From: Marsupella aquatica
Lineage: Eukaryota > Plantae > Marchantiophyta
Assembly (NCBI GenBank): GCA_973895155.1
Contig: OZ316899.1
Coordinates: 393,473-457,472 of the forward strand
Length of the DNA: 64,000 nt
Reading direction: 5' to 3'
How positions within the stretch are numbered: position 1 is the first letter of the stretch; each line of letters opens with the position of its first letter. Shown here in pieces: positions 47,500 to 61,799 of the stretch. The notes beneath the pieces were generated by a model. The model ran no database searches, was not told the origin of the DNA, and was given only the letters and a program-made list of their open reading frames with translations. The translations under genes and the position numbers were made by a program.

Positions 47500-50400
47500 C
47501 CGCTACGGTTAACCTAAAAAGATTCAACTATGTCTCTCCTGTCCCATGCGTTTGCCTTACCGCCCCCTTCTCTAACCATCCCTCGTGCATGCTACGCTGT
47601 TGGCCTAGGGTTTGTCCCCATGTTGGATTGGGACCTCAAGCCACCTTGGTCAGAGGTATTTCCTACCCCATCCCGCTGGCTCACCAACAGCGTAACCCGA
47701 TCTTGCAAGGCCTGGTTATCCCGAGCTGCCTCCTCTGCCTTGTTGGAGACTTTGGACACCTCAGTCTACAAGCACGCCATCTCCATGTTGAGGAGGCCAA
47801 TTGTTTGGTTGGCGCAATGCTGTTCCAACCACTTATCCCAATTGGTGGTGACGATATTCACTTGCTGGGCAGGCTACACAAACTAGTTGTTTAGATTGGC
47901 CAAGATTTTAACTCGAGCCGCAAAACTCCTCAAACCACACAATGATAGCCTCTAGTCCCTTAAGTTCCGCTTGAACCATAAGTAGCTCTTGGTTTAGTCC
48001 ATCTTGTTGGTCTGAGATGCAGACTAAATCCCCTTGGTGGGTGGCGGTTGTTGTCTCCAGGCGCTCCACAGTCATTTGGAGGGCCCCGACCTCATTTCCC
48101 TTGGGCATAAGTTCATCCTCCAACTGAAGCGGGTCATAAGCCGTGGGTGATCTAACATGAAGAAGGCCGGTTGAAAGTAATGAGCGACCTGCTGGCCGAT
48201 ATACTCCGCTAGCTCCCTTGACAGGCTCAACTAAACTTTTGGACCAGATTGTGGGCTAAGGTATCAAGAACCACTCAGTATTCCTCCATGGTCTCCGGCA
48301 AGGGTGCCTCCATGGCTGGGGCTACAGCTTCCTTTGTAGTCCATATAGGAGAAGGAATGGGATCCACGGGAGGTGGCGGAATTGTTGGTGGCTATGTTGG
48401 AGGCAACTTGGCGGTTCAACAACAAGGGTCAGTGGCGGGGGCCCATTGTTCACAATGGTCCCAAATGAAGTAGGCAAGGGAGTAGGTTGTGGTGGAGCGG
48501 GGTTGGGGTTTCCCCAAACTTTGGTGGTCGGGGTGGTTGGCGTGCTATCACTAGGGGCGGGGCCAGCATCGGCCAAGGCCGAGGTGACAATATTTTTCCC
48601 TCTGACCTCACGTTGTTGTTTGTACCAATCCATAATGCATGATCGCAATATGACTTCCTAGATAGGTCTTCCCACCAATAAGTAGGCCTGACTTACCTTG
48701 GTTAAGCTCCCCAAAAAACCGGCGACTAAAGAATCGGGCCCAATTCTGTTGCTTGCACTACTCAACCTGCATAATTGTATAGAGGGAGATCTTGGAGCGA
48801 GGTTCAATCATGTGCAAGGTGGCCCATGTGAAGTTTAGCCGCTCCATACAGATCAGGTGGGTACACAAACCTTGCTTGTACTCGTTGTCCATTTTTCACT
48901 CTGGCTTGAAGTGCTAGCGGGTATACTCCTTATCTCCAATCTGGAGTTTGACTGACATGGGTCTTGTTGGGAGACAAAAGATTTGGGCTAACTAGTACTC
49001 CATGAGGGAGAAGGTTTGCCCCGATACCTTGGTGGTAGGTGTATCAATGTCAAAGTTTGAGATGAACTCATGCATCTCCCTTGCTCTGAAGATGGTAGGC
49101 CTCCACGTTAAGTGAGCAAATTTATCTAATTGATGCTCCTTGAGATAGTCCGCATGGATTGGGTTCTTGATTGTCAAACAAACCACCTCGGGAACGCGGA
49201 TTATCTGCAGCAAGTTTTGCTATGGAATGGTGGGTCCTTTCTTGGACTAGCTATTGGGCAAGGGGTTGATTGGGGCCAAAATTGGTACGGGGGCAGGGGT
49301 AGTCCACGCAGGCGGTTCAGGTCCTTGTGTTGTCCTAGCCTGCTTCCTCAAGTGTCGGGTCGAGCGTTGCGTTAAGTGCAGGCTACCATTTTTGGCTGAG
49401 TCCAAAGAACACTCAACATTGTTCACCGCACGTACTTGAGTGTGACTAGGTGGTACTCGCTTGGCCGGTTGATATTTGGTTATGGCGGAGTGGCCATATC
49501 CCAATTGAATGCATTGGAACTTTTTCAAGTAAGGTGAGATTCTGCGTCGCCTGTGGTGCATCCCATGGCTCTCTAAACCCAAGAACCTCCCCTGGACAAG
49601 CCGATTCCCACCAGTTTTGCTCTTGCCAAAGCCGGTTCCATGGCTTATCGGCATGGGATGCTATTAATTGCTTTGCTAACTTCTTACCCACATATACTAG
49701 ACAGATCCTTCATCGGGTCATGAGATATGTAGCCGGCCTACTCTAGGCCTCTCTTCATCCTCTTTTGTTGGTCTCCCTTCAGGTATGTTTTGGATTCTGC
49801 CCCCGGAATGATGCCCAATTGGCTTGGGTAGCCCCTAAGACTCTCTCAGCTTGACACATCCAACTCTTATTGCTCCTTTTGACTTCTAATATAACTCTCC
49901 TTCTCTCCTGTAGTTGGTGTGGGCAATCTTCTTACAAGTTGATGCGACACACAAATAGAAAAATGACTCATATTGACTAAGTAATACCATGCAACTTCCA
50001 TACAAATAGTACTTCTCATACACGAGATCTACAAACTAAGCTATAAGGCCAACTCTATTCATCTCTTAAGTATGAGGAAACATGAATAAAAACAAGAGTC
50101 ACTGCATAACTAACCGAGAGCTTCTTTTAGTAATTGGTTCCAGCCTTGCTGGTGCACTAAAAACTTGCTAAGAAAAAAGCCCAGGACTCCCTATTGCTTA
50201 GGTATTTATCCTGGTAGCGTATCTACCTATTTCCTTGCTACGTAAGCCTGATCTATTTCAAACTATAATCTACCTATGTATAGTTGAGCAAGAGCACAAG
50301 TGTTGCTCTTACTAGTGGATCCGCAATCCCACTAATTTAAGCGTCAGGGCTGCCTCTTGGCCCTGATCCTAATCCTAAATTTGGAGTTTTGCTTCCACTT

Positions 50401-51540
50401 TGCCCACTCACGCCTCCTTCCTCCATGTCCGCCTTCTCTAAGAGGGATGACCCTCCACCACCGTCATGACAGTGGTGGCTCGCCCCCAATGGACGCCCCC
50501 AATCCTTCCTCTGTGGCCAATGTTGCAGGTCCGTCCTTTGACAGGTTACCTGCTCTCGATGGGGTCAACCCGCCCTTAGCGTGACCAGGTCCCACTCCGG
50601 CCTTGACCTTGGCTTTTGCTACCTCCCTGGAAGTGGTGGGTCTGTTGCTGCGGCTTTGGCTGTAGCGGGCCTGGCTTTGGCCTCGTTGTTGTAGTGGTCC
50701 TCCTCATAGGCTCATCCTACGGGGTGGGTTGTTTCCTCCTCCCAAGGTTGTGGTTGTTGCTTATCAATGATTACCTTGAGTCCGTCCCTGTCATGGCTGC
50801 ACCAAGCTGATCTTCTTGGACAACCTCCAAGACTGCCAACTTAACTGCCGTGGCCTCGCACAAGGCCGGTGCCATGCTCTCTACCTCAGTTATGGTGGCC
50901 TGAGGAAGCGCATGGACTTCTGAATCGGAAGGTTTTTGCTTCTTCTTCTCCTTCCCTTCCCCTTGCCTATTACTTTGGCAAGGTAAGGGTGCCTTGGCTT
51001 GTCTTTTGGCCAATACCATGCCTTGCAATCTTGTTGTCGCCACTGGGGGTCCACTTGGTGTAGCCGGGCGTTTCAATTCCTCAACTAGTTTCTTCTGTTT
51101 GATTGTCCACCCGCCGTTGCAAGTTCTCCATCTTCCGCGCGATGTCCTCCAACTCCTCCTGGGTCTTGTCCAACTCTCTGCAAGCTTCCTCCAACTCCTT
51201 CTGATTTTTGGCCAACTCCTTTCGCAAGGCCGCTCTCTCCTCCTGGGTTGCTCTCAGCTCCATGTTGAGCTTGTGGACCACATCAGACTCCATCTTGTTC
51301 ATCTTGTTCATCTTCTCATAGGTTTGATCAAGCATGTAGTCCTTCCTACGCAGGTTGGCTTGAAAGTTGGCCAACATGGTAAGAGTCCCTTGATCAGTCA
51401 AGACAAGGTGGACTCCAGTATGGTGCTCCACAAGCTGAAGTCTTGGAGTTCTTCTATGAGGAAGCGCCGGATCATGTGTACCAGATTTCTGCGGGTCCAA
51501 GGAACCTTCAAGGGAGGCTAGCACCTCCAATGGGTTCTCA
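47500..51540 (-). pseudogene. Decayed antisense accessory ORFs of a Gypsy element (coiled-coil ORF and plant-TE-protein-like ORF)
   Basis: 51081-51563 coiled coil is homologous to 61800-62100; 50463-50600 is homologous to 57563-57700; WRPTIFRAREMHEFISNFD...VSGQTF at 48992-49213. Confidence 0.5.
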
Positions 51541-51559
51541 ACTTGTGCCTGGAATTCAA

Positions 51560-54500
51560 CCAAGGCCTGTAGAATTTGGAGGAGCTATGGGAGGAGGTTC
51601 TAATAGAGCGATGGTGATTTTTTTCAACTGTAACAAGGGTGGACATTATGCCAATAACTGCCCGGAACCAAGGAAGCAAGGTTACGGAGCGGTACCTCTT
51701 ATGTGTTTGGTATGTAAGAAGGAAGGGCACACTACCGCTGCCTGTCCTATTGGCATAGCTTCTAAGGTTTTTGTTACTAGGCAGGGAGGTCCTCAACCTT
51801 CTATTGGCCAAGCACCCGGTGAGATGGGAGTGAATTACATCTCCATGGAGTGGCAGACAGAAGGTGAGAAGGTAGATCCTTCTAATAGTTGGGAATTCTC
51901 GGAGGAGCTGGCCGGAATGGAGACCCCTACCAAAGAAACCCATTGCTACAAAGTCTCCACTAGATCCACCAACAAAAGAGGGAAGAGCAAGGAGAAGGAG
52001 CTGGTCAAGGAGCTCAAGAGGAAAGCGAAGGAAGTCCAGCCTTTGGCTCAAAGTGATAGCATTACAAGAGAGATCATCCCAAGGTAGATGAAGAGGTCCG
52101 GAAGCAACTAGATGAGATGGAGGCTTTGGAAAATCAGGAGGCTCTCAACAAAGATGTTGAAAAACTCAAGCATCAAGCTCTAGTTGAGGCTGCTGGAATC
52201 CAAGTGGAGTTGAAGACTACAAAAGAGGCCATTCCCTATGACATCAAGAAGGATGTCAAGGACTGCCCTGTCACTGCTACTGTTGGGCAGCTGATCAAGG
52301 ACAACCCCTTGTATAGAAGGCAGTTGAAGGAGATGTTGGTTGGTAAGAAAAGAAGAAAACTTCCAAGGGTGTGGACTCCAGCGGATGTGATGATGGTTTG
52401 TGAAGATCACGGAGCTCCCGAGATAGACATTCAAATCAATGGGTGTGCTCTCTAGCTCCTATGTGCCAGTTGATGGAGGCTCCGGGGTGAACATCATGAT
52501 TGAATCTACGGCACATCAGCTTGGGTTCACTCAACTTCAACCAACAGTCAGAACCATGCGGCTTGCAAATGGTGCAAGGGTGGTACCAGTGGGTACTCTG
52601 ACCAATATCCCAACTCTGATTGGTGGTAAGGAGTTCTTGCTCAACTATTTAGTGATGAAATCAGCAAGACCTTCCACTTATCCAGTGCTGATTGGGAGAC
52701 CATGGCTCTATGGTGCAAAGGTAGTTACTGATTGGGGAAGGAAAGAGTTCCAGTTTGGCAAAAACCAACTGTGGTGCCTTGGGAACATGTGAAGTATGAA
52801 GGAGAGACCACTGAGATGAAGGAAGAGTACGATTCTGATTTCACAAGTGAGCTGGACTCAGATGAGGATGAAGTCTTCTTGCTGGATTTTATAGCTACCT
52901 TGGAAGAGGAGCAAGTTTTTCCCGATATCAAACCCAACAAGACTACAGAAACCACCCAGCAAGCAAGCCAAGAGGAGAACATTTCAGGTTCAACCAGCAA
53001 GGCAGACCAGCCCAAGAGATCTGCCCAGATAAAGGAGAACACACCTGTCTACGGAGCATCTCGGTTAGCTACCTTGGATGAGGGTTTGGACCCTACCTTG
53101 AGGAACAAGATGCAGGCCATCCAATCAGAGCAATACAGAAAAATATTACTTGAGGATGGTAAGCCTTTCAACGTTGGATATGCTCTTAAATTGCATGAAG
53201 AGAGATCTATGCAACAGTTGCTAGCTGAGTACATGGATGTCTTTGCTTGGAGTCATTGAGATATCACAGGAGTCAACCCTGAACTTGGTGAACTGAAGAT
53301 TGATTTGATGCTTGGAGCTAAGGCAATCAGGCAAAGGCAATATAGGATGAACCCTAGATACTCACTAATGGTGAAGGAAGAGATTGATAGGCTTCTTGAT
53401 GCTGGTTTCATCTATCCAGTTATGACTAGTGAGTGGTGTCTCCACTAGTGATTGTACCAAAGAAACCTGGACCTGATGGAAAACCAAAAATCAGAATATG
53501 TCAAGATTATAGAAAGTTGAATGAGGCCACAATGAAAGATCATTATCCCATTCCATTCACGGATATGATACTAGACATTGTTGCTGGGTGGGAGGTCTAT
53601 AGTTTCATGGATGGTTACTCAGGCTATAATCAGATGTGGATCCAACCAGAGGATCAACTCAAGACTGCCTTTACAACTGAGTGGGGAGTCTTTGCCTTTT
53701 GTAGAATGCCATTTGGTCTTTGTAATGCACCAGGAATGTTCCAGCGATTGATGATGAACATTTTCCATGACTTTTTGCGGATATTTCTGGAGGTTTTCAG
53801 TGACCATGTCAACTACTTGAGACAAACCTTCCAGCGTTGCAGAGAAACCGGTCTCAAATTACATCCAGGCAAGTGCTTCTTTGGAGCAAGTGAGGGTATC
53901 TTGTTGGGGCACAAGGTTTCAAAGCGTGGAATTGAAGTAGACCTGGATAAAGTGGCTGTTTGGTTAGCCATTCTTTTTCCAACTACTATTACCGAGGTCA
54001 AGGGGTTTCTAGGCTGCGTTGGCTACTATCGATGGTTCATTCAAGAGTTTGCAAAGATAGCTTCCCAATGACTTCCATGCTGAAATTAGACTCTGATTTT
54101 GAGCCTACACCTGAGAGGATAGCAAGTTTCAACCAACTGAAGCAAAAGCTTGTAGAAGCTCCCATTCTGATGGTACCTGATTGGAACAAGGCATTCCATG
54201 TCTTTGTTGATGTCTCTAGCTTTTGTATTGGAGTAGTTCTTAGTCAACTAGATAACAATGGCAGAGATCATCCCATCTATTTTGCAAGTAGACTCCTAGC
54301 TGCTGCTGAAAAGAACTATTCTGCTACCGATCGAGAAGCTGTAGGGATAGTCTACTCGTGCAAGAAGTTTTGACACTACTTGCTGGGCTACAAGGTAGTA
54401 TTTCACACTGACCATAATGCTCTGAAATATATGGTCAACAAACCTGATTTGACTGGGAGAGTGGCAAGGTGGATGCTACTACTCCAAGAATTTGACTATG

Positions 54501-55829
54501 AGATCCGGGTGTGGCCAGGTAAGCAACACACAAATGCCGATTTTTTCTCCAGGATTGAAGGACCAGCAGATGAGAAGGTGATTGATGATCAATTCCCTGA
54601 TGAGGACTTGTTCCAAGTCAATCTCAACCCGCCAACCTGGTATAAGGATATCATCAAGTTTCTATCATCGGCAAGGGTACCAAGGGAGATGAACCAAGGA
54701 AGGAGTTGATGGAACGATCAGGAGATGCTTGGAGAAGAAGGAAGTAGAGGTAGTGATAAGAGCTTTACATGAAGAAGAGGCTGGAGGACATTTTGCAGAA
54801 GCAACCACATCAAGGAAGGTCATGGATGCTGGTTATTGGTGGCCTACTTTGCACAAGGATGTTCAATTGTTTATCAGGGCTTGCAACCCCTGCCAACGGA
54901 CAGGTAAACCAGCTTTCTCGCAACATCATCCTCTTACTCCAATTTTGCCTCTAGCTCCTTTTAAGAAGTAAGGTATTGACTTCATTGGTCCAATCACCCC
55001 AGTCACTAAGAGTAGCAAGAATAGATACATCCTGCTAGCTACTGATTATGCTACCAAGTGGGTAGAAGATAGACCAACAGCAAGGGACGATGCCAAAACG
55101 GTGACCAGATTTCTATATGAGCAGATTTTCTGTAGATTTGGACCACCCTTAGAACTAGTGAGTGATCGGGGGACCCATTTCTTGAATACAACTATCAAGG
55201 AGCTTACCAACCAGTACTGGGTGAAGCACCGGAAGACCACTCCTTATCATCCGAAGGCTAATGGTCTGACGGAAAGAGCTAATGGAATCATTGGCAAAAT
55301 TCTCAACAAGACGGTGGCATCTCACAAGACTGATTGGGACGTCAAGCTTTATTCGGCGGTGTATGCTTACAATCTAGCATACAAGACCACAACAGGTCAG
55401 ACTCCATACTTCCTAGATTTTGGACAGCACTCTCTTGTTCCAGTAGAGTTTGAGGTTCCTTCCTTGCAAGTAAGCCTCGAAGACCGATTGCCGGCAGTTT
55501 TGAGTCTGAGAGAACGAACATATGAGCTGGAGAAACTAGAAGAACTATGAGAAGGGGCCAGCAAGCACTTGGAGCATCAACAGCTGCTGACCAAGAAGTA
55601 CCATGACAAGAAGATCAAGCCCATTCCACTGCAGATTGGAGATTTGGTTCTGCTGTTCGACTCTGGGTATGTGCACTTTCCGGGTAAACTTCACACTCGT
55701 TGGTTGGGTCCATATACCGTGCATAGAATTTTCCAGAATGGTTCAGTACAAGTTGCTACTCTGGAAGGAGAGGTGTATCCCGCCAGGGTACATTTTGATC
55801 GGCTCAAAAAGTATTTTATGGGAGTGTAG
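51560..55829 (+). pseudogene. Degenerate non-chromoviral (Athila/Tat-group-like) Gypsy gag-pol; RT catalytic YxDD deleted
   Basis: Knuckles FNCNKGGHYANNC and CLVCKKEGHTTAAC; PR VDGGSGVNIM; RT ICQDYRKLN, MDGYSGYNQ, MPFGLCNAPG; RH FVDVSS, TDHNAL; INT SDRGTHF, TPYHPKANG; many stops. Confidence 0.9.
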
Positions 55830-55853
55830 TGTTCGCGAGGACGCTTCACAATT

Positions 55854-55880
55854 AAGAGGGGAGTTATGTGGGCTGGCAAA
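55854..55880 (+). promoter_or_regulatory. PPT and probable 3' LTR start (TG at 55867); LTR end not resolved
   Basis: AAGAGGGGAG then TTA-TGTGGGC shortly after the integrase stop. Confidence 0.5.
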
Positions 55881-57808
55881 ATATTGGCTTAGTAAATAGT
55901 TAGACTAATTTTTGGTTTTTGAGTCACCCTGACTATATAGTATAGTACTAGTACATGTAGTAAGTAGTTGACATTAGTAAATAAAGGCCTAAGGTGTTAG
56001 TGTACAAGATACGACACATTTCAAGGTGTAAATATGAGGTCGGGTCAATGTAAGTGATCAGATCTTTAGGGGGTATATTTTTAGCTAAGATTTTTTCCAT
56101 GTGCACTAGAGATTCCCTGGAGTACCCTGTGGAAATTTCAAGTCATTTGGGTACTCAGACTAGGAGTTACTCAAAAGTAGGACAAAACTTAAAATAACAG
56201 ATTTGCAGGTCCTATGAAAAATAGTCAAAAGTTAATTAATTAAATTTAGGAATTTAATTTGGGGTTAATATGCCTAAAACTATGCCATGAAACTTTTAAA
56301 ACCATTTTATCTCCTAGGGTTACTTTTTGGGAGCAATTCAAAGTTATAGAAAAGTGTGTAAATAATAGAGCAACAGACTTTGAGCCATTGTATAAAAAGT
56401 CTCTTTAGACTATCTAGCACTTCTAATAGTACCAAGAGTACTTACTAGGTATAGAGAATGAAGGGATATTCTTAGAAGAGTTTTTCATTCAATGAGCAGA
56501 GGTTTTTTACATGTAAAGTCTTAAGCCCCTAACCTGCCTCCCCCATCAGAATCCGCAACTTCCTCCTCCAGCCCACTTACACCAACCAAGCACTTGGCAG
56601 CAATTCACTAGCAGCCCAACAATTGCTCGCCACCTCTCCACCATAAACCGGACACTAAATCCAAGTGAATGTTGAGCAAATGGGGACCAGACAACAGCAA
56701 AACCATGGACCAATCTCAATCCAACCTGAACTCAAGCTCCAACCACCCTCCAAGCCTCCCTAAGACTTGTCAAGGCCTAACTTGCAGTCCAACTAGCTTT
56801 TGCCACCTCTATGAACTCAACTACCTGGTTATCCTCCACAAACAATAGTTCACCACCAAGGCAAGGCTTGACCTTGTCTCCTAGCTTGAGTTGTCATACT
56901 CAAGCTTGAGCTTCACCTTTAGCCATGCCAATACCAATACTTGTCTCCTCTTGAGTTGCTTGCAAATCTGAAACTGTCACCGTTTTGATTGTAACCCAAT
57001 ACTAAACCATAATCAAGTTTGAGCAAGTAGGGGCAGCCAGCATGACCTATCCCTTCCATACTCAAACCCCAAGCCGCCACCACACCATTCAAACAAGTAA
57101 CCAGGGTTTTAACCCTTCAAAATAACTCTCTATCTCCAAAATAAGCAATCAAATGATAAATAAATGGCTAAGACTAAGTCAAATATGCAACAAATGAAAG
57201 TCACTTCATCATCACAACCATTAGACCCGAATTACCGTCGACGATGTCAACGGTTGACAAATAATCCCGCCAACTCACTCTATTTTCTTGTTCCTAAATA
57301 TAGTAAGAAATGCAAAAACTTCTTTGTCATTGGTCCATTTTTGTCAAACTCAACTTCATTGGAAAAAGGAACACCAATGGAATTTAGCCATATAGGACCC
57401 GCCAACCAACTCCTCATTGGCTCAAAACTACTCTCATAATACCATTTTTCACTTATCCATCCATAAAAATGGAAAAAGTTGCATGTTTATCCTTTTACTT
57501 TCTCTTCTTTTGCACAAGCCAAACATGATAATTTATCCCTTAGGAAGAAAACCTCATGACACCGTCATGACACTGGTGGCTGGCTCTCAATGGACACCCC
57601 CAATCCTTCCTCGGCGGCCAATGTAGTCGGTCCGTCCTGTGACAGGTTACCCGCTCCCGACTGGGTCAATCCATCCTTGGCGTGACCGGGCCCCACTCCT
57701 ACCTCGGCTTCTGCTTCCCCAACTTGTGCTTCCCTGGCTTGTAACAGTGGTGGGTCTGCTCCTGCGGCTTTGGCGCTATTAGTCCCGGCTTTGGCGCTAT
57801 TAGTCCCG

Positions 57809-60800
57809 GTGTTTGGCTTGCCAATGGGCAATAAGACCAAATTAGATACCCAAAAGACCTTGTCAGACAAGGAGTTCAGATTGTTCCTAGGGCCATCAAC
57901 AGAGAATGGCTTCTTCTGGAACACCTGCACCAACCCGCACATTGGTGAGATGATCGATTTCTTGCGGGTAACCATGCATTGCAACTTGCCAAGACCAGAG
58001 ATTGGCAAGGCACAGGTCTACCTAGCAGAGAGGCCAGACCCAAGCCGGGACTACAACAGGTACCTCCTCACCCAACTAAAGAAGATCTTGAAGGAGGAAC
58101 AACAGGTGATTGTCCAAGGAAGCGTGTCCCGGCTTGGCTATCACATGCCGTTGTTGTGCCGGTATGCCCGGAGTCAGATCTTTGCCCCAGTACTTCCCCT
58201 GCAGGCAAGGGCACCAGAGGAGGATCCAAAACATAGGCCGGCATCAAAGAAACCCAACCAGCCCGGCAGTCCTACGATCGAGCAAGTGTTTAGGCCGAGG
58301 ACGGAAAACTTGTCGATGCAACAACCAGGCATGCAGAATCTTCTGAAATTGCTGGAGAAGGAAAAGAATGTTGCGGCGGCAACGGCACCGGTACAGGACA
58401 CTGCTCAAGAGGTAGGCCTAAGCCGACTCACAAGGGGAAACCCTTTTACCGGAGCCAAGGAAAGAAGGAGGCCGGAACACGAGCTGGGGGTTTGGATGTA
58501 TGTGGGACCCGCAAGCCCAGAAACCGATGGAGAGCAACCCAAAGCTCCTGGTCGCGATAAAAAGAAGGAGAGGACAGCTTGGAAGTCGGAGGAGGAACCA
58601 GGACCCGTGAGCTGTGTTTGGCAGGAGGCCGCGTTTGCAGCAAGATCAGGAGAGGAGCGAGGGGAGCCGGTAGTCCAAGTTGAGAGGGAGGTGGTGGAGG
58701 ACTACGGCAATGACAACTCCGGCTACGGGTCGGACCATCATGTCCCAGGAGTGAGGACATGTGGCCGCTTGTGATGCCTAGCCAGGAATCACTAGGCCAG
58801 TTTAAATGGTAAAATCAGGAGTGTACCCTGAAAACACATTAGTATAGTAACAAAACAAGGAAAATATAAACAATTAAGGGTATGGAACCCGAGCCGAGGC
58901 CGAAAGTAAGGACGCCACAGCAGGGAACGCGATTAGGGTTAGGGCGCGCTAAGTGTCGGCGGCTATGGGTAACCAACGGGAGGGGAGACTAGGCAAGGTG
59001 GGGGTAAGGACCGATCACAAGGAATGGCGGCTCATTTGCAAGCACGAACCAAGCAGAGGATTGCAAGAAGCCAACTACTGTCAGTTGCTTAGGCAAGCAC
59101 TCTGGGCGAGAGCAAATATTGAGTATCAACTCAAGGAGGGCATGAGCAATGTCAATCAAGATGCTCATTTTTGGGGATGCCTGTTCGAACGAGCAACTAA
59201 GTACATTGGGACCTATGAGGACAAAGAATCAGAAAGGGCAGCACGAGAACGGCGGGAGCTCGCTCGATTGTGGGAACTGCATAAGTTTGCCTTCCTTGGA
59301 GGGGAGCTCATCAAGGCCAAGTTCTTGTGGACTCCTACTACCAATCAACTCGACAACCTTCTGTTTTGTGAGAACATAATTGTTGGCATTCGGGAAGCCA
59401 TCAACCGCTGCAACGATGTACATTGGGACCTAAAGGGTAGCACGGAGGTGTGGACAAAGGCAACCGTGCTTGGAGAAACATCCACAGCAGCCGCCATGAA
59501 GAGGAAAGGGCCCAACAACAAAGAGGCCACCCCCGCAAAGAGAACAAGGTCGACGACACCAAGGAAGCCAGCCGAGCAAGGGAGGAGGAGGCAGGGGAAG
59601 CGGAAGAAGAGGAGGTCAACCCAATCAATGTTGTTCCAATGAGGGATGACACTTGGAGGGGCTGGGCGTCGACCCTCCCAGAGGAAGTGCAATTATAATT
59701 TGCACGAGAGGAGGATGCATGCTTCATGGCTATGCAGACTCGGAAGTACTAGGGCTTCATGGCCGAATCCGACTTGGAAGCCTTTGTGAAATTACCGTGG
59801 CTGAAGCCGGAGGTGCCAGATTCAGACTTATTGGAATTTGTGGGATCATGGGATCCCAAGAAAAATTCCACAAGGGTGTATGGGAAGGATTTCTATCTCA
59901 CTCCCTAGGTGATTGCCAAAGTGTTTGGCTTGCCGATGGGCAATAAGACCAAATTAGATACCCAAAAGACCTTGTCAGACAAGGAGTTCAGATTGTTCCT
60001 AGGGCCATCAACGAAGAATGGCTTCTTCTGGAACACCTGCACCAACCCGCACATTGGTGAGATGATCGATTTCTTGCGAGTAACCATGCATTGCAACTTG
60101 CCAAGACCAGAGATCGGCAAGGCACAGGTCTACCTAGCGGAGAGGCCAGACCCAAGCCGGGACTACAACAGGTACCTCCTCATCCAACTAAAGAAGATCT
60201 TGAAGGAGGAACAACAGGTGATTGGCCAAGGAAGTGTGTCCCGGCTTGGCTATCACATGCCGTTGTTGTGCCGGTATGCCCGGAGTCAGATCTTTGCCCC
60301 AGTACTTCCCCTGCAGGCAAGGGCACCAGAGGAGGATCCAAAACAGAGGCCGATAGCAAAGAAACCCAACCAGCCCGGCAGTCCTACGATCGAGCAAGTG
60401 TTTAGGCCGAGGACGGAAAACTTGCCGATGCAGCAACCAGGCATGCAGAATCTTCTGAAATTGCTGGAGAAGGAAAAGAATGTTGCGGCGGCAACGGCAC
60501 CGGTACAGGACATTGCTCAAGAGGCAGGCCTAAGCCAACTCACAAGGGAAAACCCTTTTACCAGAGCCAAGGAAAGAAGGAGGCCGGAACACGAGCTGGG
60601 GGTTTGGATATGTGGGAGCCGCGAGTCCAGAAACCGATGGAGAGCAACCCAAAGCTCCTGGTTGCAATAAAAAGAAGGAGAGGACAGCTTGGAAGCCGGA
60701 GGAGGAACCAGGACCCGTGAGCTGTGTTTGGCAGGAGGCCGCATTTGCAGCAAGATCAGGAGAGGAGCCGGGGGAGCTGGTAGTCCAAGCTGAGAGGGAG

Positions 60801-61792
60801 GTGGTGGAGGACTATGGCAATGACAACTCCGGCTACGGGTCGGACCATCATGTCCCAGGAGTGAGGACATGTGGCCGCTTGTGATGCCTAGCCAGGAATC
60901 ACTAGGCCAGTTTAAATGGTAAAATCGGGAGTGTACCTTGGAAACACATTAGTATAGTAACAAAAACAAGGAAAATATAAACAATTAAGGGTGACTATGG
61001 GACCCGAGCCGAGGCCAGAAGTAAGGATGCCGGGGGAAGGAACACAATTAGGGTTCGGGCACGATAAGTGCCGGCGGCTATGGGTAACCAACGGGAAGGA
61101 AGACCAAACAAGAGAGGGGTAAGGACCGATCGCAAGGAGTGGTGGCTCATTTTGCAAGCACAAACTAAGCAGACGACTACGTCAAGCCAACTACTGTCAA
61201 TTGCTTGGGCAAACACTCTGGGCGGGAGCAGATACCGACTATCAACTCAAGAAGGGTATGAGCAACGTCAATCAAGCTGCTCATTTTTGGGGATGCCTCT
61301 TCAAACGGGCAACTGAGTACATTGGGACCTACGAGGACGAAGAATCAGAAAGAGCAACTCAAGAACGGCAGGAGCTTGCTCGACTATGGGAGCTGCAAAA
61401 GTTTGCCTTCTTAGGAGGAAACTCATCAATGCTGAATTCCCGTGGACACCTATTGGCGATGAGCTAGACGACCTTCAGTTTTGCGAGAACAGAATCGCCG
61501 ACATCCGGGAAGCCATCACCCGCTGCAACGACATACATTGGGAGTTGAAGGGTAGCACGGAGGGGTGGACAAAGGCAACCGTGCTCGGAGAAACATCCAC
61601 GGCAGCCGCTATGAAGAGGAAAGGGAACAACAATAAAGAGGCCACCCCTGCAAAAAGAACAAGGTCGACGGCACCGAGGAAGCCATACGAGCAGGGAAGC
61701 AGGAGGCAGGAAGAAGCCAAAGAAGAGGAGGTCGACCCCATCAATGTTGTTCCAACAAGGGATGACACCTGGAAAGGCTAGGCGGCGACCTT
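57809..61792 (+). repeat. Tandem duplication, period 2112 bp, of a TE accessory ORF region
   Basis: GTGTTTGGCTTGCC(A/G)ATGGG at 57809 and 59921; ORFs 57770-58774 and 59909-60670 are near-identical; the second halves are visibly more diverged. Confidence 0.92.
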
Positions 61793-61799
61793 GTTCGGT

